Virus record (IMG/VR): IMGVR_UViG_3300046786_000748
Location: 1-64,000 of that record
Direction: 5' to 3' (one strand)
Length of the DNA stretch: 64,000 nucleotides
From: a virus
Shown here: in pieces, positions 47,566-56,443 of the stretch
Numbering within the stretch: the stretch's first letter is position 1
Layout: each line of letters starts with the position of its first letter
Notes under the pieces: model-generated
Databases searched by the model: none
Told to the model about the DNA's origin: nothing
Seen by the model: the letters and a program-made list of their open reading frames with translations, nothing else
Made by a program: the position numbers and the translations under genes

Positions 47566-48333
47566 TTACGATATTAACTCGTTCTTAAGTTTTCTTTTAT
47601 GATACTTTACAGCACTTATACTGATTTTATATTTTGTTGAAAGTTGAATAATTGTATGTTGGTCGGATAAAATATCTTTAATTAAGTCCGATTTAATTTT
47701 CTTTAAAATTTGTTTATTGAGTTTTATTTTCTGTTTGTTTTCTTCTGACATTGGACCCAAAACCATTCCGGACCTTCGGTTTGGATTACTGTAGTTCATT
47801 GTTCTATTTTTTAACATAATTCGCCGATCATTAAACTTTTGTTGACCCACTTCTTTTCCATATTTGTTTGTAAACCACTCCATAGAGAACCTACCCTTCG
47901 CTTTTTCTTTTTGTAGTTGTTTGGATTCCTCTGTGTGGTTTCTGCCATACATAGGATTGTTTTCACCTAATGAAATAGTCCTCATTTTTTCAATAAACAC
48001 ATCTCTATTTGGATTATATGTTATATTATCACCACCGTTGGCTGTCGGACATATGTTATATCCGATATCTCTCATGTAAGGTTTAAACAAATCCAGATAA
48101 TGTTGTTCTCTATCCAAGAGAATAATTTTTTCCGAAAGAGTTTCTTCAACAATTTCAAACAGGAATTTATCGTTGCCATAAAAATCCCAGGCGTGTTGAA
48201 GTTTTGGGTTTATATGATATCCACCATTTAGATATTGTTTGTGTTCTTCCCACCTATAATCTATATCTTTAGCAGAACCGATATAAAATTTTCCGTTAAC
48301 AGTATTAGTTATTTTGTAAATTCCACTTTTCAT
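47566..48333 (-). CDS. GIY-YIG homing endonuclease (Seg-like) downstream of the major capsid gene
   Basis: SGIYKITNTVNGKFYIGSA...RW.EH...HINPKLQHAW...REQHYLD...GYNI; NUMOD3-like GENNPMYGRNHTEESK. Confidence 0.9.
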   Translation of the reverse strand: MKSGIYKITNTVNGKFYIGSAKDIDYRWEEHKQYLNGGYHINPKLQHAWDFYGNDKFLFEIVEETLSEKIILLDREQHYLDLFKPYMRDIGYNICPTANGGDNITYNPNRDVFIEKMRTISLGENNPMYGRNHTEESKQLQKEKAKGRFSMEWFTNKYGKEVGQQKFNDRRIMLKNRTMNYSNPNRRSGMVLGPMSEENKQKIKLNKQILKKIKSDLIKDILSDQHTIIQLSTKYKISISAVKYHKRKLKNELIS

Positions 48334-48338
48334 ATGTC

Positions 48339-48381
48339 TATAAATATCATGAATTTTACGGAATAATCAAACATTTGTCAA
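48339..48381 (-). promoter_or_regulatory. sigma70-type promoter (TTGACA-17-TAAAAT) plus TATTTATA motif upstream of the GIY-YIG gene
   Basis: -35 at 48376-48381, -10 at 48353-48358 with 17-nt spacer; TATTTATA at 48339-48346, 5 nt before ATG 48333. Confidence 0.65.
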
Positions 48382-48432
48382 CATTTTATTTTGAACATAT
48401 TATATGAAATTTATTGAGTAAATAAATGCAAG

Positions 48433-48460
48433 AAAAAGAGCCTCATTTCTGAGGCTCTTT
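48433..48460 (-). terminator. Rho-independent terminator after the major capsid gene
   Basis: aaagagcctca/tgaggctcttt stem, T-tract on the minus strand. Confidence 0.85.
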
Positions 48461-48487
48461 GCGTTTATAAGTTATTGGTTACCAAGA

Positions 48488-50215
48488 TTATACTTGATTT
48501 AAATCGCCTACCAAAATGCGCCCGTAAAATTCTGGGCGGACTATCTTCTTCGCATATCTTGTCATTACACCACGTCTTGGCGTGAAGTTCACTGGATCGT
48601 AGACTAGAGGAGTCTGAACGAGTGGGATATATGGAGCATAGACAGCACCAGTTTCGAGGAAGTTATTTCCACGGAAACCAACAAGAATTACGTTGTCGGT
48701 CATATATGGGTTCTTGTAAACCTGGAATCTTGAAGCAAAGCTTCCGACTCTGGTTACGCCCATTGCGAACTTGGCTTGGTCACCATCGGTATTTACTGCC
48801 CATCCTGGGATGGATTCAAGGATGGTTGCGACATCTGGCGAGCAAACGAGGAAGTTAGCACCACCACGGAGGGTCAACTGGTGAATCTTGTTACTAACCT
48901 TCTGAATCTTGATACCCAACGTGCGGTACCATGTATCCTTGGTGTAATATCCACCTGTTCCTGCAACGGATTGATCAACGACTGCGTATGTTCCATCACC
49001 GTTGGAGAGGATTTCACGATTGAGCTTAGCAGACCATCTTTCGGTGGTGATTGCTGGAGCATTCGTGATTAACATGTCGAGGATTTCAAGGTCGATTTCC
49101 ATTGAAACGTACTCAGACAACAGAGCAGTAAGTTCTGCTTCTGCGTCAATGCTGTGATAAGCATTCAAGTCTTGAGCAAGTTCTGGAGTCCAGACTGCTT
49201 TCAACTTACGAGTCTTGGCGACGATAGGTTCGCTCTTAAGTTCCAAATTAACTTCTGGGATACCGATATCGTTATTTAATCCAAATGTAGCATCTGGAGA
49301 ACCACGATCTTCGAAGTCACCACGGTTGGCATCTTTAGGCTGTACTGAGTAAATAACAGTCCAAGTTCCACCAGCGGCATTTGCACCACCACCACCCATA
49401 CCTGGAGCACCACCCAATGTTGCGGAAGCAGTTACGAGGAAGACAACTTCGGTTCCGAATTGTTTGGTTAATGCTGGGTAATACGATGCGGATGTATTAG
49501 TTGGAGTAAACAACGATGCGGATTGTGCTGGTCCATAAAGAACAAAGCTACGAACTCCATTTGCGTCGAATACGTTACCAGCTGCTGTGGTCTGTGAATA
49601 GAGGTTAGTTGTAGCAACCTTCCAAATCTTACCAGCGGCCAGTGAAGATGACAAACTTACATCCCAGTTGATATCTTCCATCGAAGCAGAAGAAACTAAG
49701 ACTGTAGCGGTTGTGTTTTTATCATTTACAGTATATCCGAAACGGCCGGAACCATAAAGACCACCGGTTGCTGAATCAGTCGAACCGAGTTTCGTACCCG
49801 TTCCACCGTAAAGAGATTGCGAGGTTGTTCCACCACCCTGACCGTCCTTGTAGAACTGACCTTGGTTTGTTCCATACTTGAAATCAAGATAGAATACGAG
49901 ACCAGAAGGAAGATTCATTGGCTGAACCGAGACGAATTCCTTAGCAGCGATTTCTGCGAATACACGACGAACGAGTGGAAGAGCGACGCCTGCCCATTGT
50001 TCGGAGTTTGAAGATACACCAGTCTGACTGGCTTCTTCGATAAGCTGCTTGGCTTGGTTTTCAAGCAATACAGCCATGTTGGATTTTTCCATGTCATTCT
50101 TCAAACCTTCAAGCAAGCCTGTCTTATCCCACTTGGAGACGAGACCACGGGTTTCTTGCATCAAACGAGCCTGAGGATTCATGGTGTTTGTCAATAGTGA
50201 CTTTACATCATTCAT
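48488..50215 (-). CDS. gp23: Major capsid protein (T4 gp23-like)
   Basis: LPLVRRVF, VSVQPMNLPSGLVFYLDF, AKTRKLKAVWTPELAQDLNAYHSIDAEAELT, YAPYIPL, DPVNFTPRRGVMTRY. Confidence 0.95.
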   Translation of the reverse strand: MNDVKSLLTNTMNPQARLMQETRGLVSKWDKTGLLEGLKNDMEKSNMAVLLENQAKQLIEEASQTGVSSNSEQWAGVALPLVRRVFAEIAAKEFVSVQPMNLPSGLVFYLDFKYGTNQGQFYKDGQGGGTTSQSLYGGTGTKLGSTDSATGGLYGSGRFGYTVNDKNTTATVLVSSASMEDINWDVSLSSSLAAGKIWKVATTNLYSQTTAAGNVFDANGVRSFVLYGPAQSASLFTPTNTSASYYPALTKQFGTEVVFLVTASATLGGAPGMGGGGANAAGGTWTVIYSVQPKDANRGDFEDRGSPDATFGLNNDIGIPEVNLELKSEPIVAKTRKLKAVWTPELAQDLNAYHSIDAEAELTALLSEYVSMEIDLEILDMLITNAPAITTERWSAKLNREILSNGDGTYAVVDQSVAGTGGYYTKDTWYRTLGIKIQKVSNKIHQLTLRGGANFLVCSPDVATILESIPGWAVNTDGDQAKFAMGVTRVGSFASRFQVYKNPYMTDNVILVGFRGNNFLETGAVYAPYIPLVQTPLVYDPVNFTPRRGVMTRYAKKIVRPEFYGRILVGDLNQV

Positions 50216-50255
50216 AATATATGTTTCCTTAATTTATCTAACTTTTTTTGCTCAA

Positions 50256-51545
50256 TTACTTTTTCGCAGGAATACCAGCGAGCTTCTGGAATCTCTGTGC
50301 CATCTGATTAACACCTTCGGTGATAACCTCTTTAGATGGTTTCGTTGACGCTACAGGCTTGGATGCTGCACCCTCGGTGATCGTAGTAACTTGATTGATT
50401 GGGTTCTGCGAGAGAGCCTTTCTCTTCAAGTTTCCACCAAGATTTAATGATTCACACCAATTTGCGTATGTCATCTTAACTTCACGAACGCATTTTGTAA
50501 GATCAAATGCTTCCACGACCTTTGTTTTTTGGTCACGGTTCATACCAAACTCCTTAAACAGCTTGTTCGTGTAAAGCAGTTTTGCGTTTAGTAGATTGAT
50601 CTCATTAAGTTGTTTCTGTAAATACTCTACAGTCTTGTAGGCTTCATTACGTTCAGAAGTTACTTCATTAAGTTGAGTTTGAAGAGCAACGGTTTCATCA
50701 CACTTCTCTTCCTTATCGTCTTCTTCCTTCTCTTCTTCCTTCTCTTCTTTAGCCTCTTCATTGAGACTTGCGAGTAATTCATTCAAATCAATTTCTTCCT
50801 CTTCCATAGGAGCTGGTTCCTCAGTTGGAGGAGCACCGGCGTCTGGTCCACCCATTGGAGGAACTTCGCCGCCTGGAGGAGGAGGCGTTCCACCAACAGG
50901 AGCTTCAACCTTAGAAATTACAACAGTGTCACCACTCTTGATTTCTTGAGATTCTTCGCCTGGGGTTTCTTCGCCTGGAACTTCATCGTCACCTGGAACT
51001 GGAGGTCCGCCGGCGTCACCACCTGGAACTGGAGGCATGTCATCCATAGGAGCAGCACCAGCTTCGGCTTCAAGCTCACGAATAATTTCATCCAAATCTT
51101 CGTTTGTTACAGTTTCTTCAACTGATTCCTCTTCAACAGCACCTTCTGTTGCGTTTTCTTTAACTCCTTTGGGAGTTCCGTCAAATGCGTTACCTTTGTT
51201 ATCCTTAGACCAACCTTTGGTTCCATCTCCACCGTCTTTAGCAGAAGGAATTGTGTTTGGGGTGATGTTTTTATCGGTAGGTTTTGGACCTGCGTTGTCT
51301 TTAGACCAACTCTTAGTGCCATCGTTCTTAGATGGTTTTGCATCCTTTGGTTCTACAGTTTCAGCAACAGGGGCATCGACTGATGGTTGGGATTCGGTTG
51401 CAGAATCTTCTCTCAATTTATCTGCAAATACAGCCGAAAAACGACTGTTAAAAGCTTCCTCAAGGGATGCTTTAGCATTTGCTAATGCTGTGGCTCTAAC
51501 GGCCTTTGCATCGGCAATAGCTTCTTTTAATAGATTACTATTCAT
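50256..51545 (-). CDS. Prohead scaffolding / core protein (T4 gp22-like position)
   Basis: Acidic, Pro/Gly-rich, coiled-coil LNEINLLNAKLLY, C-terminal RFQKLAGI; many (L/I/V)xE sites; directly upstream of the capsid gene. Confidence 0.8.
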   Translation of the reverse strand: MNSNLLKEAIADAKAVRATALANAKASLEEAFNSRFSAVFADKLREDSATESQPSVDAPVAETVEPKDAKPSKNDGTKSWSKDNAGPKPTDKNITPNTIPSAKDGGDGTKGWSKDNKGNAFDGTPKGVKENATEGAVEEESVEETVTNEDLDEIIRELEAEAGAAPMDDMPPVPGGDAGGPPVPGDDEVPGEETPGEESQEIKSGDTVVISKVEAPVGGTPPPPGGEVPPMGGPDAGAPPTEEPAPMEEEEIDLNELLASLNEEAKEEKEEEKEEDDKEEKCDETVALQTQLNEVTSERNEAYKTVEYLQKQLNEINLLNAKLLYTNKLFKEFGMNRDQKTKVVEAFDLTKCVREVKMTYANWCESLNLGGNLKRKALSQNPINQVTTITEGAASKPVASTKPSKEVITEGVNQMAQRFQKLAGIPAKK

Positions 51546-51644
51546 AATTACAAGTTTCCTACTTTTGTTTCTGGGGTTATTAGAAGAACCACAATTTAAG
51601 TTAATTTATTTGTGGCGGCGAAGAAGTCGCAGCATTTTTACAAA

Positions 51645-51696
51645 TATAAATATAGAAGAAAAAATCAAAATTATAAAAAACTTCAAGATATTTATT
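51645..51696. promoter_or_regulatory. Divergent late-promoter-like motifs
   Basis: TATTTATA on - strand at 51645-51652 (99 nt before scaffold ATG); TATTTATT on + strand at 51689-51696 (25 nt before ATG 51722). Confidence 0.55.
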
Positions 51697-51721
51697 GATA
51701 ACCGTATCTAAATGTAAACAT

Positions 51722-52429
51722 ATGCCCGCCAAAAGTGAAAAACAACGTAGATTTTTCTACTTGGTAAAAGCCCTTCAAAAAGGAAAGGTTTCACCAAAAA
51801 GAGTTGGTAGTAAAGTTTCCAAAGCAGCATCATCTATGTCATCTAAAGATGTTGATGATTTTACTCATGGAAAAAACCTACCTAAGAAAAAACTAGAAGA
51901 AATTATAGGAGTGTTAAAAAACTTATCGGCTAACGATGAAAATCCAGCCTTTCAAGATCCTGTAACCGATTTAAGAACAGGAGTTGCGAATCCAGATTTA
52001 ACTTTGGAAAACCAATTTGATGATCCAAATCAAACCGAACAAAACCCTATAGCTAAAACTTTTAATCAACAAGGTAACTTTGAAGAATATATTGGAAAGT
52101 TTTCTGGACTAGAACTAAAACCGAAAGAAATAGAATCCATTACTAATTATACTAATGCTAAGCCTACTAAGATGGATAAATTCTTAGTTAGATATGAATC
52201 AACAGACGAGTTTAATAACAACACTATAACCGTAGTTAAAAAATTAAGAGAAGGCACAGATTTAGTATTTACTATTTTTCAATCATCTACACAACAAGGT
52301 GGAACGGAACCTCAAGGTGAAGAACCAACAGGACAAAACGAAATTATAGTAACTAAATCTCGTTCGTTTGTTAATGAAATTGAAGGTGGTAAAATTTTAG
52401 CAGACTTATTACAGAAATTGGACGTATGA
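51722..52429 (+). CDS. Hypothetical protein with basic DUF3008-like N-terminus
   Basis: MPAKSEKQRRFF...SMSSKDVDDF....LPKK; start moved to ATG 51722. Confidence 0.6.
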   Translation: MPAKSEKQRRFFYLVKALQKGKVSPKRVGSKVSKAASSMSSKDVDDFTHGKNLPKKKLEEIIGVLKNLSANDENPAFQDPVTDLRTGVANPDLTLENQFDDPNQTEQNPIAKTFNQQGNFEEYIGKFSGLELKPKEIESITNYTNAKPTKMDKFLVRYESTDEFNNNTITVVKKLREGTDLVFTIFQSSTQQGGTEPQGEEPTGQNEIIVTKSRSFVNEIEGGKILADLLQKLDV

Positions 52430-52794
52430 TAAAATTAAAACAACTACTAAAAGAAGTTGACGAGGATAAAAACTCAAACATTGCTTCTGTTGAAGATGAA
52501 CGGGAATGGAAAATGCCCGATGTCGATCATATGCTTTCTATGAAATTTGAAAGAGAAGGAGATTCGGTTTTTATTCTAGCAAATCCAGCGATGAAGGTTT
52601 ATAAGATAAAAAACGGACCTTTTGTTTTGGAAGAACCTATAGAAAATCACGAACACAATTTTCAAAAAGGAATTGTTTCACCTATAAAACCACACGGATT
52701 AGCAGCATTTAACCAAAGTAAACAAATCAAAAAGTATGAGTTTCCAACATTTATCAAACTCATAAGATTTTTCGATAACTATAAACAAGATTAA
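52426..52794 (+). CDS. Hypothetical protein, candidate internal head protein
   Basis: MIKLKQLLKE leader; ATGA-coupled to the previous gene. Confidence 0.65.
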   Translation: MIKLKQLLKEVDEDKNSNIASVEDEREWKMPDVDHMLSMKFEREGDSVFILANPAMKVYKIKNGPFVLEEPIENHEHNFQKGIVSPIKPHGLAAFNQSKQIKKYEFPTFIKLIRFFDNYKQD

Positions 52795-52807
52795 GGATTT
52801 TGAACAA

Positions 52808-52815
52808 TATTTATA
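52808..52815 (+). promoter_or_regulatory. TATTTATA late-promoter-like motif
   Basis: 5 nt before ATG 52821. Confidence 0.6.
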
Positions 52816-52820
52816 AACGT

Positions 52821-53807
52821 ATGAAACTCAAAAAGATTGTAGAAAACATGGACAAAATGCCTTCGACATTGAAGGGATTTAATGAGTCGCCAAAACTTTC
52901 TCCTGAACAAAAGAGAAAATTAATGGAAATGGTAGGTCAATATAACACCCTCGGACAGAAATTAAGAATGGAAGGTGCTTTGATTGAAACTGCCACAGCT
53001 TTAGCTGAAATAGCCGAACTAGCAGAAACCTATGCTTGTAATGAAGCATCCGATTGGTTCGCAACTGAAGTGGTTAAAACCGATTTTAAACGAGCTAAGG
53101 GAATTACAGAAACATTTCAAAAACTCGCCCGTGAATGTCATGGTAAAGTTCAACAGTTGAATGCTCTTTATGAAGACATGGGACACATTCTTGGGCGTTA
53201 TTATGAAATCGCCGACCCAATGGCCGAAGTCTGTCCAAATCCAACAAATGTTAAGAGTCAACGTGGTTTGCCAAATGCACAACCTCAGACAATCATGCAG
53301 GAAGTTAAACCTAATGATAAAAATATCAAATCTCAAAGACAACTCCCATCCGGCGGTTCTGCTCCAACGCAAGTAAAAGAAGTTGCTGTTGACGATAAAC
53401 ACGCAAACATCAAAGGACAACGTGAACTTCCTCACACCAACGGCCCAGCAACGCCTCAAGTAAAAGAAGTTGCTGTTGATGACAAACACGCTAATGTTAA
53501 AGGTCAACGAGATTTGCCTTCTGGCGGACCTACTCCTTATCATCCACCAAAAGATCCACAAGATACCGGTTCAGTTAAAGAAGTAACTGTAAATGATTCC
53601 AATCTTCAATCTCAACGTGAACTTCCACAAGGCGGTCCAGAAGGATATACACCACCCAAGTTAGAAAATCCAAGCCCAGAAGTAAATCCTGCTGGTGCTG
53701 GTGAAATGAATGTTAAAGGTGAAAGAGATGTTCCACAAGGAGGACCATCTAAAGATGTCGCTTATGAGTCTTTTAGATTCAAAGACATTCTAAAATCAAT
53801 TAAGTAA
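52821..53807 (+). CDS. Hypothetical protein with helical N-domain and six degenerate C-terminal repeats, candidate internal head protein
   Basis: MKLKKIVE leader (start moved from TTG 52800 to ATG 52821); repeats EV...N(I/V)K(S/G)QR.LP.GG. Confidence 0.7.
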   Translation: MKLKKIVENMDKMPSTLKGFNESPKLSPEQKRKLMEMVGQYNTLGQKLRMEGALIETATALAEIAELAETYACNEASDWFATEVVKTDFKRAKGITETFQKLARECHGKVQQLNALYEDMGHILGRYYEIADPMAEVCPNPTNVKSQRGLPNAQPQTIMQEVKPNDKNIKSQRQLPSGGSAPTQVKEVAVDDKHANIKGQRELPHTNGPATPQVKEVAVDDKHANVKGQRDLPSGGPTPYHPPKDPQDTGSVKEVTVNDSNLQSQRELPQGGPEGYTPPKLENPSPEVNPAGAGEMNVKGERDVPQGGPSKDVAYESFRFKDILKSIK

Positions 53808-53831
53808 TCTGTTGAGTCATATTCATACTAG

Positions 53832-53860
53832 AAGACCGTCAGAAATGACGGTCTTTTTAT
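53832..53860 (+). terminator. Rho-independent terminator between convergent genes
   Basis: aagaccgtca-GAAA-tgacggtctt hairpin followed by T-tract. Confidence 0.85.
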
Positions 53861-54258
53861 TTTGGCCAAATATAAGGCAAATCAGGAGGTTCATTCCACC
53901 CAAACTGACCATACCAAATTGGATTTTTCCTAATCAAATTTGATCGATGTGATGCGTGGAACTTGTCATCACCAAACCAATTTGGTAATCCTGTATCAGT
54001 AAATTTAGACATTTCCATTTTAATTCTTTCAATCACTGCTGGATAAGGTTTGCCTCTTTCTTCTAAAATTTGACATCCAGCGAGGAGATATAGACCAAGT
54101 TGATATTCATAACCACGCCACATTTTTGAAGCAGGGTGATTCTTCCAACCGCCTCGTATCAATGTATATCCTTCACGCCATATCTGATTCCCCAAACGAG
54201 TTCTATCAAGAACTCGCATGGATTCTAAGAAATTTGGTAATGGAAGAAATGTTTGCAT
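53857..54258 (-). CDS. Pyrimidine dimer DNA glycosylase / endonuclease V-like protein (MSMEG_6728-type)
   Basis: MQTFLP...LDRTRLGNQ..E...GWKNHPASKMWRG...FHASHRSNLIRK...LPYIWP. Confidence 0.8.
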   Translation of the reverse strand: MQTFLPLPNFLESMRVLDRTRLGNQIWREGYTLIRGGWKNHPASKMWRGYEYQLGLYLLAGCQILEERGKPYPAVIERIKMEMSKFTDTGLPNWFGDDKFHASHRSNLIRKNPIWYGQFGWNEPPDLPYIWPK

Positions 54259-54259
54259 A

Positions 54260-54475
54260 TCAAAACGGAACATCTCCAGTTGGTACAGACCCTAATGAAA
54301 TAGGAAAGTCTCCACGACCATACCACTTTTCTCTAACATTAACAGTGGTGTCATAAGCATCAAGACATCCAACTAAATAATCGGCTAGAATAAAATCTGG
54401 AGTATTCGATCCGTTTTCCATTGAATATTTGTTTATTAGACGTTCAAGTTCTTTTTTAAATTCTTCTTTATTCAT
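54260..54475 (-). CDS. Small hypothetical phage protein
   Basis: LINKYSMENGSNTPDFILADYLVGCL; coupled in operon. Confidence 0.65.
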   Translation of the reverse strand: MNKEEFKKELERLINKYSMENGSNTPDFILADYLVGCLDAYDTTVNVREKWYGRGDFPISLGSVPTGDVPF

Positions 54476-54999
54476 ACGTCAAATTCTTTTCCATCTAGAT
54501 AACCTTTCTTACCTAAGAAAGCATCTAAATATCTAATAGTAATACCGGCTTCGTTAAACATTTGTTTTGATCTGTGATAATGTTCTGCCCAAGGCCTACC
54601 TACAGTAGTAATTTGTGTTGAAATATCTTCCCACTGTTTGTGAAGAACAATTTCAACAATTCCGCAATTTACAACTCCTCTAGCACAATCCACACAAGGC
54701 ATTCCTTGTGTATAAAGCATTCCACATTCTGTAGGAATACCAAATTTTGCTGCCATGTTAATAACATTTCTTTCAGCATGTTCCATCCAGTGATACTTTT
54801 CAGGACGAACCATTCTTTCGGAGAGATCCTCAACTCCTCTACAAATGCCGTTAAATCCTTCAAGCGGAGCATATCCGTTTTTTACAAGAACCGCTCCAAC
54901 TTTGGTTCGTGGATCTTTTGATTTACGAGCAATTTCATAAACCTTGCCCATAAATAATTCATCCCAAGTAGGCGGTATATAATTTTCAAATTCTTTCAT
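54472..54999 (-). CDS. dCMP deaminase family protein
   Basis: SKDPRTKVGAVLV, GFNG, HAERN and PCVDC Zn-binding motifs. Confidence 0.9.
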   Translation of the reverse strand: MKEFENYIPPTWDELFMGKVYEIARKSKDPRTKVGAVLVKNGYAPLEGFNGICRGVEDLSERMVRPEKYHWMEHAERNVINMAAKFGIPTECGMLYTQGMPCVDCARGVVNCGIVEIVLHKQWEDISTQITTVGRPWAEHYHRSKQMFNEAGITIRYLDAFLGKKGYLDGKEFDV

Positions 55000-55696
55000 T
55001 AACAAAGATTACATCACAATCATCACATCCGTCAACATAATCTATCTGTTTTGCCTTTTCTACAAAACCAAATTGATTAAGATAATCACAAACGTCTTTA
55101 TAAGATGGTTGGTTTTTATATTTAGGTTTCCAACTACATTCTGCTTGAATGACAGATACATTTTTAATCATATCTTCAAACCCTTTAAAAACTTCTATTT
55201 CAAATCCTTGAACATCTATATAAACCAAATCTACTTTTTTTATGTTATTATTTAAACAATAAGTTTTCGCTTTAGCAATAGGAACGGCTTCTGCAAGAAG
55301 TTTTTTGTCAAATAACTCTAAATCAGAACATTCTTCTAAAAAAGAATTTAACCCAGGATTTCTAAACAAATTTAAAATCGCCGATCCATCTGAATTTCCC
55401 AATCCACATAAAACTGATGTTATATTAGGAATACCGGAAACATTATCAAGAATCAATTTGAATGGTACCAGTGATGCTTCAAATAAAAAAACATGAGATT
55501 TCGGAAGGTAGTTGCTCAACAAAATAGCTTCTACGCCATTTAAAGCGCCAATATTAAAAACAACATCCATTTTAATCGGATCAACAAATGTCATCAAAAA
55601 ATCTATCTGTTTTTTGATATTGTCAATTATAAGACCAAATTCACCGTTAAGATTATCATTATAATAAAGTAAATGATTAACTAAATGGTCTTTCAT
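54986..55696 (-). CDS. FkbM-family methyltransferase
   Basis: VFNIGALNG, FEAS, VDLVYIDVQGFEIEVFKG motifs; start placed at ATG 55696. Confidence 0.85.
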   Translation of the reverse strand: MKDHLVNHLLYYNDNLNGEFGLIIDNIKKQIDFLMTFVDPIKMDVVFNIGALNGVEAILLSNYLPKSHVFLFEASLVPFKLILDNVSGIPNITSVLCGLGNSDGSAILNLFRNPGLNSFLEECSDLELFDKKLLAEAVPIAKAKTYCLNNNIKKVDLVYIDVQGFEIEVFKGFEDMIKNVSVIQAECSWKPKYKNQPSYKDVCDYLNQFGFVEKAKQIDYVDGCDDCDVIFVNERI

Positions 55697-55697
55697 T

Positions 55698-56213
55698 TTA
55701 TTTTTTCCAAAATTTTCTGACAACCATTAAAATTTCTCCGAGTTTATTCTGTCCTTTTCCTTCATAAACTCCCCAACAAACATCTTTCCAATGATTCGTT
55801 TCTTCAAGATAAGCATTATCTGTCGATAAAAGTTTTTCTCTTAACCCCTTGTGAACAGCAAATTTTTGAGTAACCAGTTGAAGCATAACATCATATTTAA
55901 CATTATCCCACTCCTTTTTATCCAATAACACACTGCCACCAAGTCTTTTAACTTCTTTAGCATTACACGTTGTAAAAGGTAAACGATCATGCGAATCAAC
56001 CTTCGCAGCTTGATAAGCATGTTCCGTGGAGGGATACTTCAATCCTTCATACCAAATTCCCAATGGACATGGATAAAAGTTGCTCAAATAACGATAATCT
56101 CCAAAAAACCCTTTGATTTCTTTTTCGGAATGAACCGCGTATTCCGGAACTTTTACTTCCGAAACATATTGTTTCTTATCAAGAGCTTTTTTGAGCAATT
56201 CAATTTCTGTCAT
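55698..56213 (-). CDS. NADAR family protein (YbiA-like)
   Basis: YLSNFYP, YPSTEHAYQAAK, KFAVH..LREKLLST....LEE....D.CWG....GQNKLGEILM.VR; start placed at ATG 56213. Confidence 0.9.
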   Translation of the reverse strand: MTEIELLKKALDKKQYVSEVKVPEYAVHSEKEIKGFFGDYRYLSNFYPCPLGIWYEGLKYPSTEHAYQAAKVDSHDRLPFTTCNAKEVKRLGGSVLLDKKEWDNVKYDVMLQLVTQKFAVHKGLREKLLSTDNAYLEETNHWKDVCWGVYEGKGQNKLGEILMVVRKFWKK

Positions 56214-56442
56214 TTTTTGACCTTTCTTCTTTACATTCTTCATCTGCTTTTTTGATTGCATCAACCAATTCCTGCCCATCTCCCTTTTTGATTATTTGAA
56301 GCGGCGTTAATCCTTTATAATCTTTCAAAGGAGTATTCAACCATTCTCGGACAACCGCATCTAAAAAGACAGATTTAACCTTTTTTATCATAAGGTTAAT
56401 CTGCTCGGATTGAGAGAGTTCGTCTTTTTGTTTTTTATCCAT
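56200..56442 (-). CDS. MbcA/ParS/Xre antitoxin C-terminal domain (DUF2384-like) protein
   Basis: VF....VREWLNTPL..YKGLTPLQII..G..QELVD.I matches the W-L-x-x-P...G-x-x-P-L pattern of this domain. Confidence 0.65.
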   Translation of the reverse strand: MDKKQKDELSQSEQINLMIKKVKSVFLDAVVREWLNTPLKDYKGLTPLQIIKKGDGQELVDAIKKADEECKEERSKNDRN

Positions 56443-56443
56443 A

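Noticed and set aside
51037-51711. 224-aa + strand ORF antisense to the scaffold gene, and 53019-53561 antisense to the repeat protein
   Set aside because: Antisense open frames caused by codon bias of low-complexity genes; no recognisable motifs
54260-54475. MNKEEFKKELERLINK N-terminus resembling the longer capsid-targeting-like leader
   Set aside because: Sits in the sigma70 early operon and lacks the terminal (L/I)-x-E; left out of the leader set, though it shows the longer pattern can arise elsewhere
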